Assembly (NCBI RefSeq): GCF_001194135.2
Contig: NC_068992.1
Coordinates: forward strand, 11,638,533-11,698,426
DNA from: Octopus bimaculoides
Lineage: Eukaryota
Length of the DNA: 59,894 bases
Direction of reading: 5' to 3'
Below, in pieces: positions 12,185 to 23,311 of the stretch. The translations under genes and the position numbers were made by a program. Position 1 is the stretch's first letter. Each line of letters begins with the position of its first letter. The notes under the pieces were generated by a model that made no database searches, was not told the origin of the DNA, and was given only the letters and a program-made list of their open reading frames with translations.

Positions 12185-12892
12185 TCTAAACTAATTACTG
12201 TGAAATTATATTTCTAATTAATAAGGGAGTGCACTTGAAGAGAAAAATTAATGAAATTTTAAAGCACATCTCAAATTTGGTGAAAAGCATTTGATCATGG
12301 CATCGTTAAAATAAGACCAAATTAAGATTGATTGTATAAAAACAAACAAATAATTCGAATAATTCCAATTCATGAATATTCTAAGACGGTTCTTAAAACA
12401 GTTCTTTTTATAAATATTATTTATTCTAAAAATGTCAAAACATCATTAGCATTTAAATGAAGCCAGTTCAATTGTGGACATATTAATATGCTTCACATAT
12501 CATTTATCAAGACTTTCACAGTTTAGCTATCAAAATAATCAGTGTTAATGCTATAATATGCTGAATTCTCAGAATTCTTACACACATGGCAATGAATCAA
12601 TGAGTTTAAGCATTGAAGCTTTTATTATTGCAGATCTGAATAGAGCAGAAACAAAGAGAGGGAGAGAGAGAGGGATGATTAATAGTACAATAGATAAATT
12701 AGAAACCTTACATATTTGCTCACAGTGTGTGTGAGTGTGTTTGGGTGCACACATGTGCATTCACACATGCGCGTTCACATGCATTCACACACATGCACAC
12801 AGTATTTTTTTTTTAATGAAAATATATATATTGATATGTATATATATATTTATATATATACAGACAATATATATACATATATTTTTGATTCC

Positions 12893-12950
12893 CAGACCGG
12901 GTGTTGTGAGTGTTTATTAATCGAAAACACATAAAGCTCCTCAAGGCTCC
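12893..12950 (+). mobile_element. SINE family A fragment
   Basis: gattcccagaccgggtgttgtgagtgtttatt...gaaaacacataaagctcc matches family A. Confidence 0.8.
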
Positions 12951-12984
12951 ATATATACACACATATACATATTTGTATATGTTG

Positions 12985-13120
12985 GGGCTTTTACATTCTG
13001 AGTTCAAATCCTGCTGTGGTCAACTTTGTCTTTCATTCCTCTGGGTTCAATAAAATATAATGCCAGTCATGTATTCAATTGTTCCTATCACCATAAATAT
13101 CTGGCCTCATGCATTTGTTA
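12985..13120 (+). mobile_element. Degenerate SINE family C fragment
   Basis: ttctgagttcaaatcctgctgtggtcaactttgtctttcattcc matches the family C core. Confidence 0.7.
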
Positions 13121-14741
13121 GAACTCAAGTTTTGCATTGCAAATGTCATCATCTTTAAAAGCTGAAAACAATTGAAGTGAATATTCAAGTCACTACCTTT
13201 GTGTTCCAGGTTCAAATCCTCTTGGAGTAAGCATTAACTGCAAGTCATTTCTTCACAGAAACTGGATCAATTTAATCGCCCCCACACCGCAACTGAATAG
13301 AATCAATCTAAGAAATCTATGCAATATCACAACTAAATTAAATGAAAATTTTCTCAGAAATTCTTTTATATACTGTGTCTCTGAAAGCAAAATATCTACA
13401 AGACTGACGCTAATGTTCTGTTGCCATAGCAACAAGCAGATGTAAAAGTAATCTCTTACTTAATGTTGATTAATCACAGGTAATTCTCCTCAAAGAACTG
13501 AACTGAACTGATCGTAAATTTCCTTAATTCCATATCTCTACCACTGCTTACAGCTTCTATTTGATTCCTCGACTTGCTAAAAATAACAGCAAAATTTCCT
13601 TTAAATCATACACCACGACCATCTTAAAATATAGAAGTCACACATTGGGTAACATAATGTTAGGGGACACTGTCTGCAATAAAGATGTAGTAGTCATGGC
13701 TTGGATTGTCTTTTTGCTGAACTACTAGGTCGCAGGTACACAGAAAAGCAACAGTGGGAGGAGACAAGCAGTGGGAGAAAGCACAAATTCTAAGATACAC
13801 ATGCATCCATATGTACATATATACATTACATACATACATATATACATACGCTCATACACATACACTCATATACACATACACACACCCACAGATACCCACA
13901 TTAACAAAATTCACTCATAATCTATTGGTTGGACCAGGACTATAATGAAAGACTCTTGTCTAAAGTGTCATGCAATAGGACTAAAGCGAAAACCATATTC
14001 CTGTATCATGGATAATAAGCAGGAATCAGAAGCAACCGTTTCACAATTAGGGGAGTTAGCATCTATGAATATATGGAATATACTGAGTCTAATCTCTCTC
14101 TCCCCCTCTCTCTCTCTCTTTCCTTCTCCTTCCTTCTCTCTCTCACTTTCTTTCTCTTTACTCCTCCCTCTCTTTCCCTCTCCCTCTGCCATACATCTTT
14201 TTCCCCCCCTCTCTCCACCCCCTTCTCTCTCTACCATTCATCTCCCTCAAATAAACTGTAGATGCAGCAATGTCCTCAGACTCAACTCATTTCCTCTGAC
14301 TTTTTGCCTGAAATCCACTCGCTATTATTATTCAGAATGACCCCCCCCCATTAATTCCTGCAAGTTGAATGAGTATGAAACAAGACCTGTATATACGCAC
14401 AAGTTATCCTTCATACAGCATCACCCAGCTTCCTCGTACCATAATAACATCATAATAAATCCCACAGCTTCACAAACAATAATACCACAATGTATAAAAC
14501 CAGAAGGAAATTGCATAACAAAAATAATACTCAGCAATTTTTTTTTTTAATTATCTCTCATATAGTTAATGATATCCATTCAAGGCTTCCTCATATCTAA
14601 TAACTTCATTGTCAATATTTCCATCTGATTTTCCAATTAAATAACACTAATCTAGCAGATATATGAACAGACACTGAGACACCCGTGAGTAATATACACC
14701 AGTTAACCAACTAAGTTTCTCCTCTATTTCTGTTGAAAGCG

Positions 14742-14974
14742 TTAACCTTTACAATACCAACTCACCTGGAACCACCCTGGTTCTGTGATTCAAAACTTTT
14801 GGTTTTAAAGTGATCTATGTTAAAACCTTCTATCAAAATTTCATGTAAATTCATGTTCCAAACATCAGTTCAATAATGGTGAAATTATTTCACGAAATTA
14901 TTCATTGTTTTCAAAATTAATTGTAACAAAAGTGATGTATTCCAACAGAAATGTAACAACAAAAAAAGGGTTAA
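14742..14974. mobile_element. TTAA-bounded MITE-like element (piggyBac-like ends)
   Basis: Starts TTAA-ccttt, ends aaaggg-TTAA; about 230 bp. I recall it as an abundant Octopus repeat, but there is only one copy here. Confidence 0.5.
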
Positions 14975-16006
14975 CCAAAGACGCTGCTTCCCCTCAAGCA
15001 TCCATATTTCAGTTCACATAGGTAGTGCCAAATACTCTGTTATTACTGTATCTGATATTAAATTAAAGAACATTAAATCATCATTCCCATGGCACCATGA
15101 ACTGTTTGGTAATTTGAATCAGATAATTGATCAGCTCATTTGCATACAACAGCAAATGTGCTTTACCGTTGACCTGTTCAAAACAACGGAGAGGATAGTT
15201 CTATTCTCCAAGCCTATCCCTTCATGTCCTTCTCACTGTCAAATAGCTATAATCTGATGCTAATTGTGAGAAATTTCAAAACTGGAATCATTCAATGAAA
15301 CACAGGAGATGCAATGAATCAATCCCATAATTATCTTCCATAACTTTCAAAGGGTTTTACTCACTATGCCGTTGAAACATATATCATTGAGAAAAGGTCA
15401 CGGGGGAACTGAAAACATCAGCGACACCAGGAATTTAGAACAATTAATATTCTTAACCGTGCAACATAAAATTCTCATATAAAAATGTAAACAAATCACA
15501 ATAAAGCAAATTAAATTTGAATATACTCGTCTCATTAATTAAGAAATAAAAATTTGCCATAGCTATTAATGGGCTATTAGATGACCAACGAACATTTCAT
15601 CATTGTGTGAAGTGTCAAGAGTGAGTTATCATAGCAAAGTCCATCTCAGTTCAAGTTGATTGAATAGCAACAGAAATTACATATGATAATGAATGAATAA
15701 AAGAGCTCAGCTTTATAATGAAATGAAACCTCTGTCATAGATTTAGTTTCTTAGTTGTTTACCAACGCTATGATACTACAATTCAATAGTATTGTGAAAT
15801 TATGAACATAAGGTGATTATAAGGCTAATGAAACATGAATAAGAATAACTGAATTGTCTTTCACATACATGGTAATATATATATACATATACATACATAA
15901 ACACACACATATATATATCATTAAATTCGATTAGAAGTTGTGTTAACCTCTTTCAGTCTGTTATAATGAATCTATGAACACATAAAACATCCAAGAGTAT
16001 ATTTTT

Positions 16007-16101
16007 CCCCCTCTGAAGATATTATGCTCACATCATATAAAGATAAATTTAATATTTACTTAATATTTACTGAGTATTAATTGAAACAGCTGTAAGTGAA
16101 G
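16007..16101 (+). ncRNA. Type I hammerhead ribozyme-like motif, Penelope/retrozyme minimal type
   Basis: CTGAAGA 16013-16019; stem II attatgctca/tgagtattaat; GAAAC 16083-16087; palindromic stem III acagctgt; GTA site 16092-16094; stem I weak and 10.1/11.1 is U-U. Confidence 0.6.
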
Positions 16102-16211
16102 ATGATTAATTTCTTGTCAATAATAAATAATTATTAACTTCCCAATCTCCAGTTTTTATATATGTATATATATATATGTATATATATGTATGTGTATGTG
16201 TGTATAAATAT

Positions 16212-16386
16212 GCGTGTGAGTTGCTCGAAATGAGGAGTAGATAAACAGCAAAAAACAGATGAAGGGTCATTCTATTTATTACTTGACCTGTTTTCCATAT
16301 TTTCTCTCGTTGTTTGCATATTTAACTCGATTTGTTTTCATATTTCATGTTGTTTACTGTTGGTGACATCCTGTACCCATATATGC
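16212..16386. mobile_element. Dispersed repeat, probably a Penelope-like pseudo-LTR remnant
   Basis: Shares gtgac(a/g)tcctgtaccca(t/g)atatgc (22/24) and c(a/t)gatgaagg...tgacctgttt with 43484-43620; the PLE assignment is inferred. Confidence 0.55.
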
Positions 16387-16912
16387 TGAGGATTTCATAG
16401 AAAGTTCCGAGGGCTTACTAGAAAATTCCAAGGATTTTCATGGAAAGTTCCGAGGATTTCATGGAAAGTTCCGAAAACTTCATGGAAAGATCCGAGGGTT
16501 TCCGGGGACCTCCTGGAAAATTCCGAGGTTTTCTGGAAAGTTCCGATGTTAGGATTTCCTGGAAAGTTCCGAGGATAGGATTTCCTGAAAAGTTCCTTCC
16601 GGGGGAAATCCCTGGAAAATTCCGAGGACTTCCTGGAAAATTCCAAGGATTTTCGTGGAAAGTTCCGAGTGCTTCCTGAGAAATTCCACGGATTTTCTTG
16701 GAAAGTTACGAGGTTTCATGGAAATTTCCGAGGATCGAGGATGGGGCTTCCTGGAAAACTCCGATAGTTTTCTGGAAAGTTCCGATGACGGGATTTCTTG
16801 GGGGAATTCCGAGAAATTCCTGGAAAGTTCCGAGTATGAAGTACTTCCTGGAAAGTACCGAGGGATGGGTCTTCTTGGAAAGTTCCGACGGAATTCCTGG
16901 AAAGTTCCGAGG
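16387..16912. repeat. Degenerate minisatellite, about 22 units, core TTCCTGGAAAGTTCCGAGG
   Basis: Conserved core separated by variable 3-15-nt linkers; unit length is not a multiple of 3. Confidence 0.95.
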
Positions 16913-16970
16913 CCTATAATAGGACATCTAATCCACCAGAAAGAGCAGCCAAAACTCTATACCACAATTA

Positions 16971-17075
16971 GCCATAGGATATTATCCAGGCACTTAACTA
17001 TGAGTCCACTGCATCTTATAGCAGAAACAGTTGTAAGCTAATGAAGTTCATAACATTACCATTGTTTTTCCTGTC
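16971..17075 (+). ncRNA. Relic of hammerhead-bearing repeat (paralogue of 50587-50715); CUGAUGA core no longer recognisable
   Basis: catcttatagcagaaacagttgtaagctaatgaagttcataaca versus catcttattgcagaaactgctgtaagcctatgaagttcttaaca at 50644; stem II gccataggata/catcttatagc pairs 9/11. Confidence 0.5.
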
Positions 17076-17088
17076 ATCACTTTTACTT

Positions 17089-17120
<32 letters not shown>

Positions 17121-18005
17121 TTAAATATATACCTATATACATATATATTTACATGCATATCTAAATATATACAGAAGTATGGATGTTAGNNNNNNNNNNN
17201 NNNNNNNNNNNNNNNNNNNNNNNNNNNNNNNNNNNNNNNNNNNNNNNNNNNNNNNNNNNNNNNNNNNNNNNNNNNNNNNNNNNNNNNNNNNNNNNNNNNN
17301 NNNNNNNNNNNNNNNNNNNNNNNNNNNNNNNNNNNNNNNNNNNNNNNNNNNNNNNNNNNNNNNNNNNNNNNNNNNNNNNNNNNNNNNNNNNNNNNNNNNN
17401 NNNNNNNNNNNNNNNNNNNNNNNNNNNNNNNNNNNNNNNNNNNNNNNNNNNNNNNNNNNNNNNNNNNNNNNNNNNNNNNNNNNNNNNNNNNNNNNNNNNN
17501 NNNNNNNNNNNNNNNNNNNNNNNNNNNNNNNNNNNNNNNNNNNNNNNNNNNNNNNNNNNNNNNNNNNNNNNNNNNNNNNNNNNNNNNNNNNNNNNNNNNN
17601 NNNNNNNNNNNNNNNNNNNNNNNNNNNNNNNNNNNNNNNNNNNNNNNNNNNNNNNNNNNNNNNNNNNNNNNNNNNNNNNNNNNNNNNNNNNNNNNNNNNN
17701 NNNNNNNNNNNNNNNNNNNNNNNNNNNNNNNNNNNNNNNNNNNNNNNNNNNNNNNNNNNNNNNNNNNNNNNNNNNNNNNNNNNNNNNNNNNNNNNNNNNN
17801 NNNNNNNNNNNNNNNNNNNNNNNNNNNNNNNNNNNNNNNNNNNNNNNNNNNNNNNNNNNNNNNNNNNNNNNNNNNNNNNNNNNNNNNNNNNNNNNNNNNN
17901 NNNNNNNNNNNNNNNNNNNNNNNNNNNNNNNNNNNNNNNNNNNNNNNNNNNNNNNNNNNNNNNNNNNNNNNNNNNNNNNNNNNNNNNNNNNNNNNNNNNN
18001 NNNNN

Positions 18006-18049
<44 letters not shown>

Positions 18050-18449
18050 CTCACTTGTGTATTATGTGTGTAATTTTAGATAGAACTTTTGAGACAATAA
18101 CTACCACCAAAGTGTTAGTAAATGATGTCAAAAATTTCCATCAGAGTGTTGCAGAAACTAAAGTTAATGTTATTCAGTCTTGCACTACTTGTAGGAAGAC
18201 ACAAGAACAAATAAAATCAGCATAGAACAAAATATAAATTCATGAAATTCACAAATTCTTTAGACATGAAGGATACTAAAGTTTCTGGAAGTGATCTGAA
18301 TATTTATAACTTTGGAATTGAAGAATCTTTTTGGTCTCAAAGACTTTGTCTTTCAAAATTTAGCTGGAAAGTAATTCTGTAATGTGACTGGTGTGACTGT
18401 TCTTATGTTAGCTCTGCATGGTAATTTCAGTTAATATGAATCTTAGTCA

Positions 18450-18681
18450 GGGTGGCGAGCTGGCACAGTTGTTAGTATGCTGGGCGAAATGCTTAGCAGT
18501 GTTTCGTCTGCCATTATGTTCTGAGTTCAAATGCCACTGAGGTCGACTTTGCCTTTCATCCTTTCAGAGTCAATTAAATTAGTACCAGTTATGCACCGGG
18601 GTTGATGTAATCAACTTAATCCCTTTGTCTGTCCTTGTTTGCCCCCTCTATGTTTAGCCCCCTTTGTGCAATAAAGAAATA
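18450..18681 (+). mobile_element. Full-length SINE family C copy with alternative 3' tail
   Basis: Perfect 17-bp TSD aatatgaatcttagtca (18433-18449 / 18682-18698); B-box gagttcaaatgcc; core ggtcgactttgcctttcatcctttcagagtc. Confidence 0.95.
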
Positions 18682-19361
18682 AATATGAATCTTAGTCAAC
18701 AGAATTACATATAATTCTATTAAGAAAATACAAATTCTGAGCCATGTAATTCCAAAGATGGTGGGTAAGTTTGGAAAATATTTTTGGAAAATGGAAAGGA
18801 ATCAGAAAGAAGCTATGTAGATAATGAAGATACTTCTTTTACTCTTTTTCTGAGTTTAATGGTGATGAACCACTGTAGACATACAAATAGATTCGTTTCT
18901 TTTCTCATGTTGCATGTGAAGTGTCTTTTTTTTTTTTGAGGTGAAAAACAGTTCCTTATGCAAAAGCTTAGTTAGCTAAATCATGGTTAAAGTCCAATTT
19001 CTGCTCCAAAGTTTGGCAGCATTTCTCAAATCAGCAACTAAAGTATTTTAGCAATTTCTCACTGCTAACCATATTTCTTTGCTTCTATAGAATCTGATTT
19101 GAGAGTAGAATATGATTATATAAATTGTTGCAAACGAAAATGATCTTTTGAATATTCCAATATTTTCAATATGTATATATGTATATATATACATATTTCT
19201 TTTTAGTAGAAATAAATTAATAAAATTGTGATTACTTCATTTAATCAATATTTCCTTTTTTCCCTAGTCTTGGTTTTGCACTATGGAAATTAATTTCTTA
19301 GCAAATAAATAAATAAATGACATAAATTTGAATTCTTGCACAAAATTTATTTTGTTTTCAG

Positions 19362-19516
19362 AAATATTCCTGGATTTTCTTGCTTACCTTATGAATATGA
19401 ACATGGAGTTATCTAATTATCCTCACCTTCAAATCCAGAAGGGTTTGAAAAAGTTATTGGATATTTCCACTGATTTCCAGACTAAATGATGAAACAATAT
19501 TCTGTGAGACATTAAA
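19362..19516 (+). other. Candidate isolated 155-nt exon (non-coding or UTR)
   Basis: Acceptor aaaatttattttgttttcag| and donor AAA|gtaaga; all three frames contain stops; no transcript evidence. Confidence 0.3.
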
Positions 19517-20503
19517 GTAAGAATTTTTGCAGTAGGAAGGACATCTAGCCATAGAGGTTTTCACCCAAAATAAAATAAAATAGAAAATGGAAAACTATGT
19601 TTGTTTATTTGTAAAGGTACATGGTCTATTGGCTAAGGCATTGGGTTCATGGTCATCAAAATACAGGTTCAATTCTTAGACCAGGTGGTGCCTAATGTTG
19701 TTGGGAAAAGCACTTCATTTCACATCTCTCCAGATGTTAAAATGATGATGATGTTGATTATGATAATGACAACAATGAAGGTTATGTTAATAATGACCTC
19801 ACAAAGAAGATAATATACATGCATTTATAGATAATATCCCAGAAAATCTGATACATATTCTTGAATGGTTTGCTATGCTGGGGTATTTAGAATTAAGCGT
19901 CCTGTTGAGAAACCCAACCAAACACTTATAGTAATTATCAGTTGGGTTGTTAATTACATTTTCCATTATCTGCTCAGCTATTTTGTCTTCATTTATTTAT
20001 CTTTCTTGCAGATAATTAATTATTTAAGCTAACATTTTCTACAGAGAATAGGTTTTAAATTCTGGGAATTATATTGGATTCTAAATGTGTGTGTGTGTGT
20101 GTGTGTGTAGGTGTGTAAGCATGTGTGTGAGTGCATTTGAGTGCATATGCATGTGTCTGCCTGTGTCTGTACTCATTGAGTATGTGTGTGTATGCATGTA
20201 TCTGTTTGTGATTAGTTTATTTGTTTCCAATCCAATTTTGAAAGCTGGCTTGATTTGAACAGAAACTTATTTGAAGCAACATTTTAAAATTTAGTAACGT
20301 GTTAATAAAAAAGTAGAGTTAGGCTGAACTAGCATCATTGACTTACAGTGACCAAATAAGGATTATTTGAATGTTAAAGGATTAAGGAACACATATTACT
20401 ATTTCTTACATTGGGCTGTAATGTAGTAGATTCAGATGACATGTTGTATACTAGAGGTATCTTTCCAATATTATCATTAATACCAGAACTCTAGAAAGCA
20501 AAT

Positions 20504-20587
20504 ACTTACCCAGGATTCGAACATAGGGTATAGCAGCATGCAACTAAATACTGCAATACTGCTCTACCAATTATGCTATTAGTCAAC
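20504..20587 (-). pseudogene. Decayed tRNA-like sequence or orphan SINE head
   Basis: Minus strand has tagcataattggtagagca (A-box/D-arm) and gttcgaatcc (B-box/T-loop); acceptor stem is broken and no anticodon can be assigned. Confidence 0.4.
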
Positions 20588-20683
20588 ATCAAAGTGTACA
20601 TACATCGAAATCTAAGTGGGAGCAATTTTATGTGAGTGGAAATGTATTGGTCGTAATCCATTTAAACCATTTTTGATGATGAC

Positions 20684-20717
<34 letters not shown>

Positions 20718-20731
20718 GAACTGATGTTAGT

Positions 20732-20733
<2 letters not shown>

Positions 20734-20763
<30 letters not shown>

Positions 20764-21139
20764 GTTTCAGTCATTTGACTGTGGCCATGCTGGAGCACCA
20801 CCTTTAGTCGAGCAAATCAACCCCGGGACTTATTCTTTGTAAGCCTAGTACTTATTCTATTGGTCTCTTTTGCTGAACCGCTAAGTAACGGGGACATAAA
20901 CACACCAGCATCGGTTGTCAAGCAATGCTAGGGGGTCAAACACAGACACACAAACACACACACATATACATATATACGAGAGGCTTCTTTCAGTTTCCGT
21001 CTACCAAATCCACTCACAAGGCTTTGGTCAGCCCGAGGCTATAGTAGAAGACACTTGGCCAAGGTGCCACACAGTGGGACTGAACCCGGAACCATGTGGT
21101 TGGTAAGGAAGCTACTTACCACACAACCACTCCTGCGCC
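20734..21139 (-). mobile_element. Full-length SINE family B copy with (TAAA)n tail
   Basis: Reverse complement runs ggcgcaggagtggttgtgtggtaag...ggtggtgctccagcatggccacagtcaaatgactgaaac-aaataaataaat. Confidence 0.93.
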
Positions 21140-21193
21140 TATGTTAAAGTTATAGAAATGGAGAAAAGATAACTGCATTTCATTAAATGCCAT

Positions 21194-21780
21194 CAGCAAG
21201 GTAAGATGACCAAATGGGAAGAAGAAGTTGCTGAAAGGAAGGTGGATTGGAATGAGATCTGGAGGTGGAGAACATCAGGGTTGAAATTTCTTCTTCGAGC
21301 TAGATATGCTGTACTGCCATTCCGCTGCAATCTATTCTGATGCAAAATAACAAATGAGGACAAATGTGGATGCAGGAAAGTTGGTAGGCTAAAGGACATT
21401 CTATCTAAGTGTTGAATGGCTTTTGGGAGGGTAGACACGAAGACAAAACGAAGTCCTCAAAATTTTCTATAGTGCTGCTAAGAAGCATGTAGAAATTGTC
21501 AGTGGTTGCAAGAAACTGCAGAAGGAGGGCAGTAAATGGTTTATCACATTTGCCCATCAAATCAATCGGGAGAAAGTTGTGAATGACAAGAACTGAGACA
21601 GAGTTTGGGAGGTGGCAGTAGGTCTTTTAGGGTGTGAATGTCTCTTTCCAATGCCAACAGGAAATAAACCAGATATGACAATATGGTGTGAGGAATGCAA
21701 GATAATGGAATTTGTTGAATTAACTGTTCTACATAAAGACAATATAAATGCAGATCATGTTAGGGAAAAATGTGTGTGTG
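21194..21780 (+). mobile_element. Decayed HERO-like (RLE-endonuclease) non-LTR retrotransposon ORF fragment
   Basis: QQGKMTKWEEEVAERKVDWNEIW...LKFLLRARYAVLP..NL...KCGC...LKDILSKC (zinc-knuckle region), frameshift to G*TRRQNEVLKI (RH[DN] motif), then NKPDMTIW...FVELTV...HVREK (PD..E endonuclease); contains stops and frameshifts. Confidence 0.85.
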
Positions 21781-22125
21781 TATTTATAAATATTTGCTGA
21801 GTCAGTGTTTTGCTATGAAAAGGTCATATCTTGCTTAATGACTCTGTGAACATACAGACTAAACTCCAGGTTGGCAAGAGACTGACTTGATCAAAAGACA
21901 AATATTATTAAGCTCTACTATGGTATCGAGTACTCTTTCTTCTCACAGTCAACACAAAACAGATAGATAGACAGAAAGATAATGTATATAATCTATAAAC
22001 ATAGACTATATATATACGTGCACACATGCGTGCGCATGTGTGTGTCCATGTATATCACGTTTATACAAATTATTTATATATATACATATGATACATATAA
22101 ACATATATTATATATATATATACAA

Positions 22126-22160
<35 letters not shown>

Positions 22161-22612
22161 AAGTTGCAATCAGTGGTATATACATTAATGCTTTATTCAT
22201 TTGTAATATTAATGACATTAGATATGCTGATGCATTGATATAAACTAGAGCAATGTCTTGTCTACGATTTTATCTTTTAGTAATTATAACACTCTTGCTA
22301 AGAAATCTGTTGATGTATTCATATATACACAACAGAAAAAGACGGAAAAACTTAAGGAAAGGTGACATGTTGACGTTAAGAATACCATGACAACAGATGT
22401 AATTTTGTGCTGGGTTTCTTGTTATCAAAGATAATATTTTAACAAAATTACCTTTGAAAGATTAGTTTGAACAAACAGCAAAGTCGATATCTCTGTGGCT
22501 TACTGCTTTAGCTTGGTATCAATGCTTAAAGGGTTATAACTCACTAAGACATCATCCGGAATTGATTTTATTAAGTTCTATCTTCACCTGGAGAAAGAGA
22601 ATATAAGATATA

Positions 22613-22790
22613 TAGGTTGTATGGTAAGAAGTTTGCTTTCCAAACACAAGGTCGGAGGTTCAGTCCCCCTATGTGGCACCTCGAGCAAGTGTCTTTTACT
22701 ATAGTCCTGGGTCAACCAAAGCCTTTTGAGTGGATTTGGTGCATTGGAATTGAAACACGCTCATCGTGTGTGTGTGTGTGTATAAAACAG
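22613..22790 (+). mobile_element. SINE family B, 5' half
   Basis: ggttgtatggtaagaagtttgc...ggttcagtcccc...gcaagtgtcttttactatag...gagtggatttggt. Confidence 0.8.
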
Positions 22791-22979
22791 AAAGAACACA
22801 GCTCCAATAACAGACAGAGTCAACAACTATGGAAGAGGTTACAAAAAGCAACGAAAATTTTAGAAAAAAAAAAAAATAAATAAATGAGTGGAAATTGAGC
22901 CATTGAGTGTGTTAATTAATTAATTAATTAATAAGGCATTAAAACAGAATGACTTCCCCCAGAAACAACTATACATATA

Positions 22980-23012
<33 letters not shown>

Positions 23013-23045
23013 GTGTGTGTGTGTGTGCGTGTATATATATGTATA

Positions 23046-23305
23046 TCATCATCATCATCATCATCGTTTAATGTCCGGTTTCCATGCTAGCATGGGTTGG
23101 ATGATTTGACTGAGGACTGATGAACCAGATGACTACACCAGGCTCCAATCTGATTTGGCAGAGTTTCTACAGCTGGATGCCCTTCCTAACGCCAACCACT
23201 CCGAGAGTGCAGTGGGTGCTTTTACGTGCCACCGGCATGAAGGCCAGTCAGGCAGTACCGGCAACGGCCATGCTCAAAATGGTGTATTTTACGTGCCACT
23301 TGCAC
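23046..23305 (-). mobile_element. SINE family D copy with (GAT)n tail (RTE-like 3' end)
   Basis: Reverse complement contains ggcgttaggaagggcatccagctgtagaaac...catgctagcatggaaaccggacattaaacgatgatgat; fragments near 11680, 25160, 28757, 37905. Confidence 0.85.
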
Positions 23306-23311
23306 TCATAA

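Noticed and set aside
16387-16912. CRISPR-like or repeat-protein interpretation of the array
   Set aside because: Linkers are 3-15 nt and mutually similar, there are no cas genes, the context is eukaryotic, and unit lengths break the reading frame.
18076-18400. Protein-like frames (DRTFETITTTKVLVND...; MKDTKVSGSD...)
   Set aside because: Short, stop-bounded, no recognisable domain and no convincing donor site.
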